Notes under the pieces: generated by a model
The model's database searches: none
Told to the model about the DNA's origin: nothing
What the model saw: only the letters and a program-made list of their open reading frames with translations
NCBI GenBank assembly: GCA_030248215.1
Contig: JASANG010000443.1
Location: 124,001 to 188,000, forward strand
DNA from: Enoplolaimus lenunculus
Taxonomy: Eukaryota
Direction of reading: 5' to 3'
Length of the DNA: 64,000 nucleotides
Shown here: in pieces, positions 50,967 through 63,835 of the stretch
Numbering within the stretch: position 1 is the stretch's first letter
Layout: each line of letters opens with the position of its first letter
Position numbers and translations under genes: made by a program

Positions 50967-52594
50967 ATTTCTGGTCATCAACTATCCAATGCATGCCAGT
51001 TATATCGGGACCAAAACCCGTGTAATGATTATCCTCAAAATATTTTGGCTTGTCGCGTTCGTTTGCGCATTACCGTTAGCAACGCCATCGCATCTGATCG
51101 ACGGAAAATGTATTTTTATCCCGCAATGGTGGTGGAAACCGTATCAACTGGTGCAATTTTTTGCATTTTACGCCATTCCTGCAGTCTTATTTCTTGTTCT
51201 GTATACGCGAATTTCGTATACCCTGTCGCAACAGAAAACTATTAACTTGTTTGCTTCTCAAGATCCACAGTCTAATTGTGCCCAAGCTGCAAGAGCTCTT
51301 ATGTCTAAGCGTCGGAATGTCGTTAAAACTTTGGTCGCCTGCGTTGCGGTATACTTCATTTGTTACAGCCCGATTCAAGTCTTGTACATTATGAGTTTTA
51401 CCCGAAATCCTGAAGTTCCAATGTGGCTAAGGATCATCCTAAACGCATTCACTTACCTTTCTGCGGCCGCAAATCCAATGCTTTATCTCATTTGTATGCC
51501 AACGTTTCGTATTAAACTGCACGAAGCGATACGATGTTGTTGCCGGTGTTGTTACTCAAATTGGAGACAATTTTCCCACGCCACTACTGTGGGAAACAGC
51601 GATTTTCCCACGGTCGGAACGCGGTTTAATACGCATTATGAAAAATCTAGACGACCATGGCATTCCCAAGCGATACCAACGAGCAACAATTTGAACACGA
51701 CCAAAACCAACACACTGACTCGTACAAGTCTAAGAGGAACTGTTGTAACTGCGAACAATCACACCAAATTACGGCTGCAAAAACGCCAGTCTCGAGCATC
51801 TGTACAACATAGAAGGAATTTGGATCAATGCCAAACATTAATAGACATCAAAAATCAAAACAATACAACATCAAATGAACAAACGAACGAACAACCATCT
51901 AAACTGCAACACAATACTACAGATTGCTTATCACCGCACGAACGAAATAATCAGACACGTTTTGACGGGCAACCACCAATTGCAACTGCATGCAATGGTG
52001 CAAACGCTGAACTTAACGCCTTACAACAAGAATCCGAAATAACAACTGATCGGCTAACAGACGACACATCTACGCCATCGCAGCGAACAAACACCCCTAA
52101 ACTTCCGGATTCGGCCTCAAATCGGGTTCAAACTCACTTCAACGCTGATACAAAACCTTCAGTCGTCAGCCCAAGTTTCTCACGGTCGCAAACTTTGCGG
52201 CAAACTTTGTACGCGCAGTCCAGATACGCTGAGATGGGCAAATTTAAAAAACAATTTTCTGAAGGATCAGTTCCACCAATTAGTTTTCAAAAGGAACATC
52301 ATCCACCACTAGACGAACAACAACCGCCACAACAACAACAACAACAACAACACAAACAACACCAACACCAACAACAACAACAACAACCATCGCAACAACA
52401 ACAACAACAACCACAACACCAACACCAACAACAACAACAACAACAACAACCATCGCAACAACAACAACAACAACCACAACACCAACACCAACAACAACAA
52501 CAACAACAACAACAACACCAACACCAACAACAACAACAACAACAACAACAACAACCATCGCAACAACAACAACAACAACCACAACACCAACACC

Positions 52595-52629
<35 letters not shown>

Positions 52630-52675
52630 CCATCGCAACAACAACAACAACAACCACAACACCAACACCACCACC

Positions 52676-52748
<73 letters not shown>

Positions 52749-53079
52749 CCAACCTCAACACTGGAGTAAACGCCTCAGCCTCAAACTGTCGCTACCATTT
52801 AAACGAACATGTACTGCAACACAAAGTAACTCAACTGTCAACTGTCCACCAATCAAACGAGGTTTGCTGTATCATCAATCGACAGAACAACACTGTTATC
52901 CTCCAATGGAATCAGGTCTCACGACTGCACCGCTACTTTTTGTCGCCGGAAATATTCGGATTCGACAAAGCATCGTTTTTGATGATAGTGGCGAACAGCT
53001 TGTACCGGCCGCTCCAATCGAAAACCGAACAAGCAACGAAAATAGTTGTGAAGAACGACTGCTGAACGAAAGTGTTTAA
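50967..53079 (+). CDS. Class A peptide-type GPCR, exon 2 (TM4-TM7 and long C-tail with polyQ)
   Basis: TTTCAG acceptor completes the ERF (DRY-equivalent) motif. TM5 FYAIP, TM6 YFICYSP, TM7 AANPMLY, Cys cluster CCCRCC. The two exons total 2547 nt (848 aa). Confidence 0.93.
52318..52761 (+). repeat. (CAA)n coding microsatellite / polyQ with higher-order units
   Basis: Almost pure CAA, punctuated by CCATCG and CCACAACACCAACAC. Longest uninterrupted run is 24 CAA. Confidence 0.98.
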
Positions 53080-54800
53080 ATCCTTTCTCGCATGAATATT
53101 TTCTATTTTATTAAACCTGTGACGTCAGCGGAGGCATGGAATCTTGATCCCCCTAGAAATTTAATGAACAACATGTTTATTGTATAGATTTCGACGCGCT
53201 GAGTTCAGTAATACCATATTTAAGGCTGCAGGATCCTCGGTTCAAAGGTTATATCCCTTTAAAATTCAACGTTCCACTATATATACAACATGTACAAACG
53301 CCAACCATATTTGTATAACGAATAGTCCTGGGAAAGCTTATACTTTACGAACATATGAATGATAAATACTTCCACTTCTAATCTGTGCGTGTTTGCACTA
53401 TAAAATTTCAAGTATATACAATAACTGTTGAACCGTAAATAATGCAGCCATAAATGTGGGCCCCGTTTAACACTCAGCTCGCCGAGATCTATACGATAGG
53501 CCACCTTTTGTTAAATTCCTAGGGAGTCCAGATTCCGCGCCTTTGCCCTGAGACGTCTAAATGGCAAGCTAGGATTCGAACCCTAGCATATATTTTTTCA
53601 TGAGACTGACAAACGCTTGAGCCGACTGTGTCCGATTGTAAAAATGAAGAATTAACGAAAATATAGTTTTTAAGAAAGACGTTGGCTGAATGCAAATAGT
53701 AATTTAGAATTTCGAGGTCGGGGGGCGGGGAGGTTACTTTACCACAAACGGACTAATTTAAAGTTTTCCAATTTCTGGCACTGATTTTTAATTTTACCTT
53801 TCCTGCAAACCTTTATTTTCTACATGCAAGAACGATGTGCTTATGTTTACTGTTATATTAAACTCAAAAATAACAAACTCGCAATATGAGTTGAATATTA
53901 ATGAACTCATTGGAATTTACAGTGCACAAAATGAGTCATGAGTGATCCAGTATTTTTGTCCTTTTTTGAAAAAGGACAAAAATACTGAGACTTTGAAACT
54001 TTTTTGTATTCTCATAAGGATTGAAAAAAATTGTATTTTTAGAAAATTCAAACTTCAATGTTTAACGATTTAAATGATGTCATGTAGAAGCTAAAATATG
54101 CAAAAAAAAATTCAAACTCCAACATTTTTATAGGCAGACACAAAACGAGAAAACAGCGCTTAATTGCTGGCACTTTTACATACCCCCATGCAGTTCCCAA
54201 AACCTGCCAAGGGTCCAGACGCACAATCGTTCCCCCCCCCTGTAAAAATATTGCGCGCAGATCGATTAGAAAGGTCAGTTCAACGGTACGATGTGGAACG
54301 TTTACTTCGGCGCTTGCAACAGAGTAATGCGGGATTTACGTTATATAACCGGGGCAGGCGTGACACGGTTTGTTCCAAGTTGATTCGACGTCAACGTTTA
54401 AATTTGCGCTTATATATCGGGTCATCAGACAAAACTCGAATGTCATATAACATTAGCTTACGAACCACCGCTCTCAAGTGATCAATGTGTGCAAAGAACG
54501 GTATGTCACGTGATACTTGAGACATTTATGCTAAAATATCATATGATATTCAGCGGCACAGTGCAATCTTTGGGTGCTGATAGATGAATGGAAAGTCGAG
54601 ATTAGAAAGACAGTCATAATTCAAAAATTCAAATTTCAAATTCTGGTAGCATATATTCAACATGACAATTTGGGCATGTTACCTCAAGCATGCAGACATT
54701 TTAAAATATAGCATATGATATGCGCAGACATTACCTCGAGTATCATGATAATGAAGAACAAAAGATGACCTACACATGATAATTGGAGACAAATACAAAT

Positions 54801-55686
54801 GGCCCATGTATAGAACGGGGCCGGGTCGTTTTCTGGAGGGGCTATAATCGAGTCATGCGAGGTTCACGTTATAACTGGGGCAGCTTGGAACACGTTTTGT
54901 CCAAGTTGATTCGACGTCAACGTATAATTTTGTGACCTGAATAGCGGTTATGTAGACAAAAAGTGAATTTCACATGACATTAACTTACAAATCACTGATC
55001 TCAAGCGATCATCGTATCCGAATAACAGCATTTGTCATTTGATACTGCGGGACATTTAAGCGAATATCGTATGATATTCCAAGTCTACTCAAATGTTATT
55101 ATGCAGTACAAAGGAATTTGTGCGCTCTAAATAAAACAGTGAAAAATTAGGTTAATGCAGCATAAATGATTTCGAAAGTTAAATTAGCTTCTACGTTTTT
55201 GTTTCTAACTGAATTTTTCTCAAAATATATTCCTAAGTGCAAATAATTCAATTTAAATTTTAGTATCATATCACATTCTACAGGACAATCAAGCTAGTTT
55301 ACCACAACTTTGCAGACATTTTTAAACATATCATATGGTTCTCGCGGACCAATATTTGGAATATCATATCATACTCGCAGACAATATTTGGAATATCATA
55401 GGTATTGCAGTACAATCCCGGACAAACAGCACATGTCACATCAGGATAGCAGAAAATTCAAATTTTTGGAATCTGAAAGCGGATAAACGGTCAGACAAAA
55501 TGTTACCAGCTATAATCATAGGGACAAAGTGTTCCAAGCTGCCCCAGTTATAACGTGATCCCCGCATCAGTTTAAGCTTTAGACTATTTTTTTGCTTAGG
55601 TTTAGGCTTAGGAATAGGCTCATCCATACGCTTAGGATTAGGAATATGCTTATACTACTGTTCCGGCCCTGTTCTATACATGGGCC
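54801..55686. mobile_element. GGCC-ended TTAGGC MITE interrupted by a 711-bp element
   Basis: Flanks ATACAAAT / ATACAATT. The two halves rejoin to the family consensus across 54856-55566. Confidence 0.8.
54856..55566. mobile_element. ~700-bp TIR element (TGCGGGGTTCACGTTATAACTGGGG), 3-bp TSD TCA
   Basis: TIRs at both ends. TCA is duplicated relative to the host consensus. Other copies at 2564-3228 and 55769-56436. Confidence 0.8.
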
Positions 55687-55768
55687 ATACAATTTTTTGA
55701 ATACAAAATGGGGTCTACAGGCAGACAAAATGTTACCCAATAGTCTAATAGGGTCAAACCGTGTCCTA

Positions 55769-56436
55769 TGCGGGGTTCACGTTATAACTGGGGCAGCCTG
55801 GAACACGTTTTGCCTCTATTACAACAGCGGGCAACATTTTGCCTGCACGTTGATCCCCTATCAAATTCAAAAAATTTGAATTATCTGCTATCCTGATGTG
55901 CCATTCACTGTTTGTACTGCAAAATCGTATAATATTGCAAATATTGTCTGCCAATATCATATGACGTGTTTGAAAATATCTGCAACGTTGTGGTAAACTT
56001 GTATGAATGTCCTGTAGAATGTCACATGATACTAAAATGTGAAATTTGAATTATATTTTCGTCCTTAGGAATATATTTTGGTAAAATTTTCGCCAGAAAC
56101 AAAAACGCAGGAGCTTAAATTCAGCTTTCGAAATGATCTAATGAAAACGTTTTACTGCTTTATTAGTGCAAAAACTGCGTTGTACAGCACAGTATCACAT
56201 GACATTTAGTAGAATTCTGTAATATCGTATGAGATTAGCATAAATGTCCCGCGATATCACATGACATATGGCTATTTGTATACGATGGTCGCATGAGATC
56301 CGGATTTGTAAGCCAGCATCATGTGACATTCACATTTTGTCGTATTATGTATTTAGTTCGCAATTTTATGTCAACGGTGAAATAACATGGGACAAAACGT
56401 GTTCCGTAGTACCCCAGTTATAATGTGAAACCCGCA
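55769..56436. mobile_element. ~670-bp TIR element, same family, opposite orientation
   Basis: TGCGGGGTTCACGTTATAAC ... GTTATAATGTGAAACCCGCA. Interior is collinear with 2564-3228. Confidence 0.8.
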
Positions 56437-59400
56437 TATTTTCCAAACAAAACACTGAAAAATGTCCACTACCAAATCAGATAAAATATAGTCGTCAAAC
56501 CACAAACAGTACGCACAGTCCTTATACATAACGGAGACGAACAATATCAACACTACTGCTCAATAAGTAAATAACGCAACCCGCAATTTTACTGATAATC
56601 ATATCCTAACACTATATATGATCGCATATCTGTTTCAGCACACCAAACCGTTTTTACAATTAAAGGACAAATAAACCAGTAATCAACTTGATTCGAGAGC
56701 TTCCAAAATTCAACAAGTTTTTCAAAACATGCGTCAAAAATGCCAAAGAATTTTGTGTAGTTGTTGAACTTCAAAAGCATATATACTTGAAATTCTCAGC
56801 CACACGTCGTAAGCGTAATCGTAAACTGATCGGGAACTATACTATATACACGGTCAGATCAGAACCTAAATTTTGTTTCGCCCTACTCCAGCATCAAAGA
56901 TGACAAAATCAAGGAATGTTATCAACAGCTCCGAAAACAATATCATATACATATCGTATACGAAATATACAAATGCTTAATTGTAATATATAACTCAAAA
57001 CACAACTTCGTAAACGTACCATGATACGGCTGGCCACAGATAATTTTTTGGAGAAACGCAAATGTTTCCATAAACAATGTAATTGCCTTTAAATTATTAA
57101 ACTCAAAATTCATTTTTTTGATTTCAAAGCGACCCAATTTACACCAATAAACAAACTTAACTAAATGAAAACAAGTATCACAAGCAACGCCCATCACTGT
57201 AAATTTCAATTAGTTGATTAATCAATTCAGCTAGCGAGTTGGTTATTTCTGAATTAGTTGAATCTGGATGAGTTAATTAACTCAGAATGAATTGAATCTA
57301 CTCAAAATTCTGAGTTCTGATAGTCCTAACTCAGACTGAGTGATTCAACTCATTCTGAGTTAAAATCAACTCGTTGAAATTTACAGTGCAACATAGAACC
57401 CATTGATAGAAGAGCCCAAATCTTAAACCTCACAGAACCGAGATGACAAAGAATGAGCTTGGTAGCCCCTAAAATTTCAGCTCAGCTTTCAAACGGGCCA
57501 CAACATTTGCATCAGTGTACACTTCTATTCCTATCGTAATTTCATTGACATTCAATGCGAGAAGTTTGCTCGCTGATTCTGTGAAACAACAAAGTTTTGA
57601 ATCATTAAGCAAAAGCAAAACTTGTACGATACAGCAAAAATTGTATAAAACGTGTATATAAAGTATACATACAACCATAATATATATATGTGGACATTTT
57701 TTTCAGCACAATCAACAGTGAATGTGACAGTAGTTGGCGGAATAAGCCTCTAAAACAAGCTAAAATAGAATTTTCCACAATGAACTCTAGCCATACTTCC
57801 GCGTATACTTTAAGCATGAGCATGCATTCTCTGATGGTTGTAGCACCTATCACCATTTGGCGACGTTGTTTTCAAACAATCAAACTACTATGTCCACGCA
57901 AAAAAAAGAAATTGTGTAGTGTTTTGTAGAAACCACTCGCAAGAGAAACTCGTGAAATTAAGCAATGTGTTGCGCTTTCTAGTTCAAATAAATAGGTGCT
58001 ATACACAGTTGAGAATACAACCTACATGCTCACGCACGTTGTATACATAAAATGGTAGCGGGAACCAGCACAAATTGAACCAACAACACGACATCAGTGC
58101 TTACTTTTCGACAACGTATTAATTTAAAAGGCTTTATCACCCAAACTGGACTGGCTCACGACTACGTATATACATCGACGCGAAAGCAAACCACCAGAGT
58201 CGCAACCAATTTGTAAGCGTACGCGTTCTGGCTCTCTTGACTTGTAGTAAATCTATTAAATCCATTACTTTACTTTGTTAAAACCGATAATTGCAGTTTA
58301 TCCCCGTTTAAAAAGCAACATTTTTCCAAACGTCTTTCAGATTGCAAACTTCCTGCTTACACAATCCGCATTCAATGTACTACAAATTGCTACAGTAAGC
58401 AACAATGTATATATAAATAAGTTTTTACAAAAACTTTAACCCCAAAAATGAATTGTCTCGCATTGCAAAATAAACAACATCAAAGCGGTTGATAATTGTA
58501 GATAAAATCTAGACGGTATATGCTACTATTAGCCTAAATATTAAGAAGGTTGAAGGTAATTCCAAACACTCCGGGGATCACACATTTAAAAAAATCACAA
58601 AATAAACAGTACAATAAAAGCATACGAACACGAATGTAATGAAGAAATTATTAATACGGTAAATTTACCGTTGTATAACCGAAGCGACTAAATTGCGTTA
58701 GTATATGCTGCCCGTGTTAAGATTAAGACAATAAAACGCACGACCATGGATGCAGCCAGGATTTTTGAAAAGCGGTTATGTTCTATAAAAACGTCGAGTA
58801 GAGGGTTCTTGCGTTCGGACAAAAATGCCAAAGTCGGGTTTGACACCTGAAACCGCCGGCTGGCTGCACCCTTGCGCCCGACGCACGTTGATAGATATAT
58901 AGTATTATTACTAAAAAATCAGGATGCAGAATAAAATCAGGGATGTGCGATGTATTATCCCAGAATGATAAAGAAGTACGAAAAAGCATTCAAAACTTTT
59001 GTTAGAAAAAATTTTATTTTTATGCTCGGTAACGGTCAAAAATTGACCGAGATCGAGACCAAACAGTCTCGGTCTCGGTTGTTGGGTCTCTACCGAGACC
59101 GCGCATCCCTGAATAAAACTACCCTTAACACAATTTCACACATACCCTTATGTCAAGAGAGAAAACCTGCGATATTTAAATACAACGAAAGTTTAAAGAT
59201 TTTGACAGCCTCACACAATCTTTTAACGACAAAAAATTATCTGCAACCGTTTAATTGTACTAAAATTTCTCTAAAACCAATTAGGTATCTAACAAATAGC
59301 GCAATACAATATGCCACTAAACTATATACAATTTCAAAACAATTATTTTTTTCAAAAAACACCCTATCCGAACAAACTTTAGCAACCGCAATCCTGATCA

Positions 59401-60312
59401 CAAGACCAATCGATTGCAGCCATATACACATTTTGCGAATCTTCATCGTCCCATCGAATACTTTAAGCTTATACGACACTACCCTGGTTTTGGAAAATAT
59501 CGTAAAGCTGGGTCAAAACTCAAAAAAATTAAACGCACAGCGCAAAACAAAAAATTGTCATTTAAACATCGCATTCACCTGTAATTTTTAACACTGCGGA
59601 CGTACTGCACAAATCACAATGAAAAACATACAAACAAATTACATTATAAATAAACTTTGAATGGGCAAAAACGGAGCACATAAACAGCATCGCATGTTAC
59701 GATTTTACTGCTTATTTACACGATATAAATTGAATTATAATAAGTGGAAGCAGTAGCATCATTCATTATACAAGACGTGTTTTTGATTGGTATGTTTGTA
59801 TATGAGATTAAGACTCTAGATTAAGATATGATATGTCAAACCAAGAGACAGCTCTGTATACCTCAAAGTGCAACCGGATATCCACATCCGGGAATATCTT
59901 TATCCGGTTTTGGCAGCCGGAACAAACCTGTCAGACGCCGAAATTACACGGCGGTGTTGGTTTAAGCAAGATAACGAAGTTAATTGATTATCGGTAATAA
60001 AATTGGTCCACGTGTAAAGCAATCGCGGAGATGGAAGGTCATGGTGGCCAACACTAATTGAAACTAAAAACCTTACTCTAGCTGTCTAGTCTCAAGGGTA
60101 CAACCGGCTATCCGGCTCCTGCAAAAACTGACACCCGGTTCTTGTATTCTAGATCGCCGGATATTTATTGCTAAAAAGTATAACCTAACTTTATATTATT
60201 GATATTTTTAATATCCGGCTGAAGTCTACTCGCCTCGATACTCACACTTATTCGAGCATTTTAATCTAACATACCATACCACCTCAAACAACAAAGAATT
60301 GTCGATACTTAA

Positions 60313-60413
60313 TTAATAACCAGAAGAACGCAAATGATCAGCGATGTGTTCAAGGGCTTTTCGGCACACAACACCTTCCGTCCGATCACCTTTGAATTGC
60401 GCAATTATAACAG
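60313..60413 (-). CDS. pfn-1: Profilin, exon 3
   Basis: TTTTAG acceptor. Translates AVIIAQFKGDRTEGVVCRKALEHIADHLRSSGY-stop, the typical profilin C-terminal helix ending in GY. Total 137 aa. Confidence 0.93.
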
Positions 60414-61333
60414 CTAAAACAGCATAGATATATTATAAAAACAAAAACATATGAATATATATACCTATTTAATTTTAGGTTTCACTGGTTTGGATAACTT
60501 CAAAGTTTGAACGCGTAGTATTGTTGAATACAAAACATTTCCGGCGGAAAACTAAAACTCTACACTTTTTAATAACACAGTTACTAGAGTTTCAACAGGA
60601 ATTAAATTTCACCGCAGCAGAAACTTAATACTCCCACAGGAACCGGAATTTGAAATAATTAGTTCGACAACTAGCCAAAAATAATTGGCTTGAGTGAATT
60701 TTCGGCTATTCCATTATCAAGTTTGGCGAAATCACATCAGACTTTTAACCAAAGAAAAATTCCAGTTTCTGCGTCTTTGAGTTCAGGAACAGGATACGTA
60801 CTCAAAACATGTGCGAACGGGTGTTCGGCTTCGGTAAAAAATACCATAAACATAAGAAAACTTGTTACTAAAATTGTTTGAGCGAAAATTGTACGTAGAT
60901 ATCATGGTTCAACCTGATACCAAAAAATAACGCAGCCATATGTCTAAATGCATATTTCAACAAAAGTTACGCTTAACCACGCTAATTAAGCACATACTAC
61001 GCACGTACTTGGTACAATATGTAATTTATTTCTACAAGGGTCGTAGTATTAACTGGACTTTCCGGATGACTGTACCCTATTTTATATGTGAGATAAAAAT
61101 CGGAGGTTAAGTATATATATACCAATTCAGAATTTTTCGCACATTGATTTTTACTTAAATAAATTTATTTCCAAGCCTTGATGTGACGCCAACTGATGTT
61201 TCTTGTCTTTCCGTTTTTACAAATATAAAATTACAAACCTCATCAATGGGTCGAAGAGAAGAGGCAGAATTTGGCCAAGCGACGTTAAGCCCCCCCACTA
61301 GCAAAACGCCAACATATATTTTTTACTGTTTAC

Positions 61334-61514
61334 CTTTGTTTGTTTTGACTGCCATAATACCGATATCTGGCTGCGTTGAGCGCTTTCCAATAACAAACGT
61401 TTCGTCTACTTGCGGCACAATGTACTTGAGGCCTTCGGCGTGCAATCCCGTCCCGGGCACTTCGTTGACGTTATCAAACATTGTTCCAAACCTCGTACAT
61501 TCTGCTGCTTCTAA
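61334..61514 (-). CDS. pfn-1: Profilin, exon 2
   Basis: TTGCAG acceptor. Translates LEAAECTRFGTMFDNVNEVPGTGLHAEGLKYIVPQVDETFVIGKR...GIMAVKTNK. GTAAAC donor, phase 1. Confidence 0.93.
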
Positions 61515-62454
61515 CTGCAATCAATACAACAAAAATTGTTTATTAACAACTATGCTAGGATATTTATTATTTATGATTACCGGAAATAAATCGTAACATT
61601 ATAAATCACACATTTCTTTATCCGTATTCTTAAACGCGAATAGTAGCACTTCTATTAGCTGGTGTTGGTGATAAGTCTTTTAACTTTCAAATCAGCGAAT
61701 GGTGAGTTTCAAATCGAGCACCTTTATCAGATTTGAGTTTCCGCCTGCAAATTGAAATATCTGAAACTGCACGAATTCGGGAGTTTAAAAACCAATATAT
61801 ACTAACTGCTGATCAGGATGCGAACCTATAATATCCGTATCCGGTGAAGGCAGGTGAAGGTGACAACAAAGGTTCTGATTCGACAAAAAATTTGCAGTTG
61901 GGACTCGTTTGTGAAAAAGCCGAATTATACAAGTCTTGCAATATGTTTGTTTTCATTTTTAAACAATAAAAATTTGAAATAAATTAAATCAGTATTTTTG
62001 TTTCAGGTCACAAGTATCAGAACTGAGGTCGGACACGAAATGTATTAACGTTTAAAAGTGAATGCGGCTGGCATTGCGTTAATATTCAAAAATAAATTAT
62101 AGATATATATCTGAAACTTGCAACATGTTATATTCCAATTCAGATACGGCAAATTAGCAATGGATTGGGTCAAATCGTGGATTTGGCGCCACACAGGGTT
62201 CCGGTATTTGGTATAAACCAAACGGATATCAAATATTTACGATTGTGGTCCGCACACCATAAACAACTTTTGACACGTGAACAAATTTAATATCTTGCTG
62301 AGATTAACTTCCTGGACAACTAACCGAATCATTTTGTCTTTATTAAGCGTATATATTACAACATAAATGCACATGAACAAACGTGATCTAGACAGTCGTT
62401 TCGAGTTCCAGTAAAACTAAAAATTTATTGTCAACGCTCAAGCTTGAAACTTAC

Positions 62455-62586
62455 ATTGAAAGTTTCACCTACAGGTGCTTCACTCCTAGCCCATAAACCA
62501 CCGTCAGGGCTTCCAACAATTGCAGCTTTTGTAATGCATTTGGCAGAATCTAGAAGGCTTTGGATGTATGCTTGCCAGCCGGACAT
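62455..62586 (-). CDS. pfn-1: Profilin, exon 1
   Basis: MSGWQAYIQSLLDSAKCITKAAIVGSPDGGLWARSEAPVGETFN matches the nematode profilin N-terminus. GTAAGT donor. The exact paralogue assignment is tentative. Confidence 0.93.
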
Positions 62587-62974
62587 TTTTGATATTGATC
62601 ACTTTTGTAATAACGATTGCTGTGCACTACCAAAATGATATTCTAAGCATACACGAGGCGATTACGTAACAGCGAATAAAGTAGGAATTATATACGTATT
62701 CTATTACACCAAACGACTGACAAACTAAACCACAAACAAATGTATGTGTACGAGCAGTATTAGCTGATAATCATGTAAGTCAAAAGTTGACGATGGGACA
62801 TGCGGATGCATAGAGACAACTAATAACCTCATACTAAAGCTTCACATCTGTAAAACGTTATGTATTTGTAGTGCCTTCATATGTAGAAGCGGTAAAAACA
62901 TTGAAGAACCAAGATGCATGTGTATGTTGAAGTTCTTGTAAGGCATAAAAACAGAAAAAGTATAGGTTGATTGT

Positions 62975-63050
62975 GAGGCGGCGTGGCTAATTGGCTAGCG
63001 CACTGGACTGATAATCGACCGAGTTCGAAACCTCCTCGGAACGTGCCTCA
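62975..63050 (+). pseudogene. Degenerate tRNA-like element
   Basis: GAGGC...GCCTC ends, A-box-like TGGCTAATTGG, B-box-like GAGTTCGAAACC, CTGATAA loop, followed by TTTT. Confidence 0.45.
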
Positions 63051-63297
63051 TTTTCAGCTGCGAACTCAACTAAAATCTCGTACCCTAACGTACCCAACTT
63101 ATCACAGAGGAAAGCTAACTTCGAGCGCAGTGTAAGCGAAAGATTATATAAAATGGACAATTTTATATTATCGATTCATGTTTAACATCTCGCTGATATT
63201 TTAAGGCCTGTCGGTATATGTGCACGTAAGTGTATGTAAAGCAAATGTTGCCATGCCTGTGCAGTGCACATATGCCGGTATAAGAAGTTGTTGCAAC

Positions 63298-63369
63298 GAC
63301 CGCGTAGTGTAGTGGTAGCATGCTTGGCTCGAGCGCAAGAGGGCCGAGGTTCGATTCCCGGCGTGGTCA
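63298..63369 (+). tRNA. tRNA-like gene, anticodon CGA, short variable loop (atypical tRNA, pseudogene or SINE head), copy 1
   Basis: 72 nt. Acceptor stem GACCGCG/CGTGGTC. D arm GTGT-AGTGGTA-GCAT. Anticodon arm CTTGG-CTCGAGC-GCAAG. T loop TTCGATT. Anticodon and T stems are imperfect. Confidence 0.65.
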
Positions 63370-63602
63370 TTAACTTTGGCAAAACTTCAAACGGGGGTCG
63401 TGCAGACCGTATAGTACCAACATGGAGGTCCCACCGAGATGGGCACTGCAAACAGCAAGCCCATGAATTCGGGTAGTTGGATTCACGGTCCGGGACGACC
63501 GCCTGTAAAAAAGAGGGATGTCGGTATATGTGCACGTAAGTGTATGTAAAGCAAATGTTGCCATGCCTGTGCACATATGCCGGTATAAGAAGTTGTTGCA
63601 AC

Positions 63603-63674
63603 GACCGCGTAGTGTAGTGGTAGCATGCTTGGCTCGAGCGCAAGAGGGCCGAGGTTCGATTCCCGGCGTGATCA
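63603..63674 (+). tRNA. tRNA-like gene, anticodon CGA, copy 2
   Basis: Identical to copy 1 except one acceptor-stem substitution (CGTGATC). Lies within a ~305-310-bp direct duplication. Confidence 0.6.
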
Positions 63675-63835
63675 CTAACTTTGGGCAAAACTGCAGACCG
63701 TATAGTACCACACCCATGCCTCACCCTATCCAGCAGAATTTAGAGACATCGATTCTTTGTTCATTTTCAAACATGAGCAGTGTCAGTCAAGGTAGGAACT
63801 GGGACTTCAGACCTTTCAACTAAGCAGCTGGAAAA

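Noticed and set aside
52280..52761. Poly-Val and poly-Leu minus-strand ORFs
   Set aside because: Antisense readings of the CAA array in the GPCR.
58950..59591. 213-aa + strand ORF
   Set aside because: Begins inside an hAT-like relic (CAGGGATG...CATCCCTG), has no recognisable motif, and is explained by A/C-rich composition.
63182..63823. ORFs of 100-180 aa at the window end
   Set aside because: They overlap the duplicated tRNA-like unit, and the repeated peptides simply reflect that duplication.
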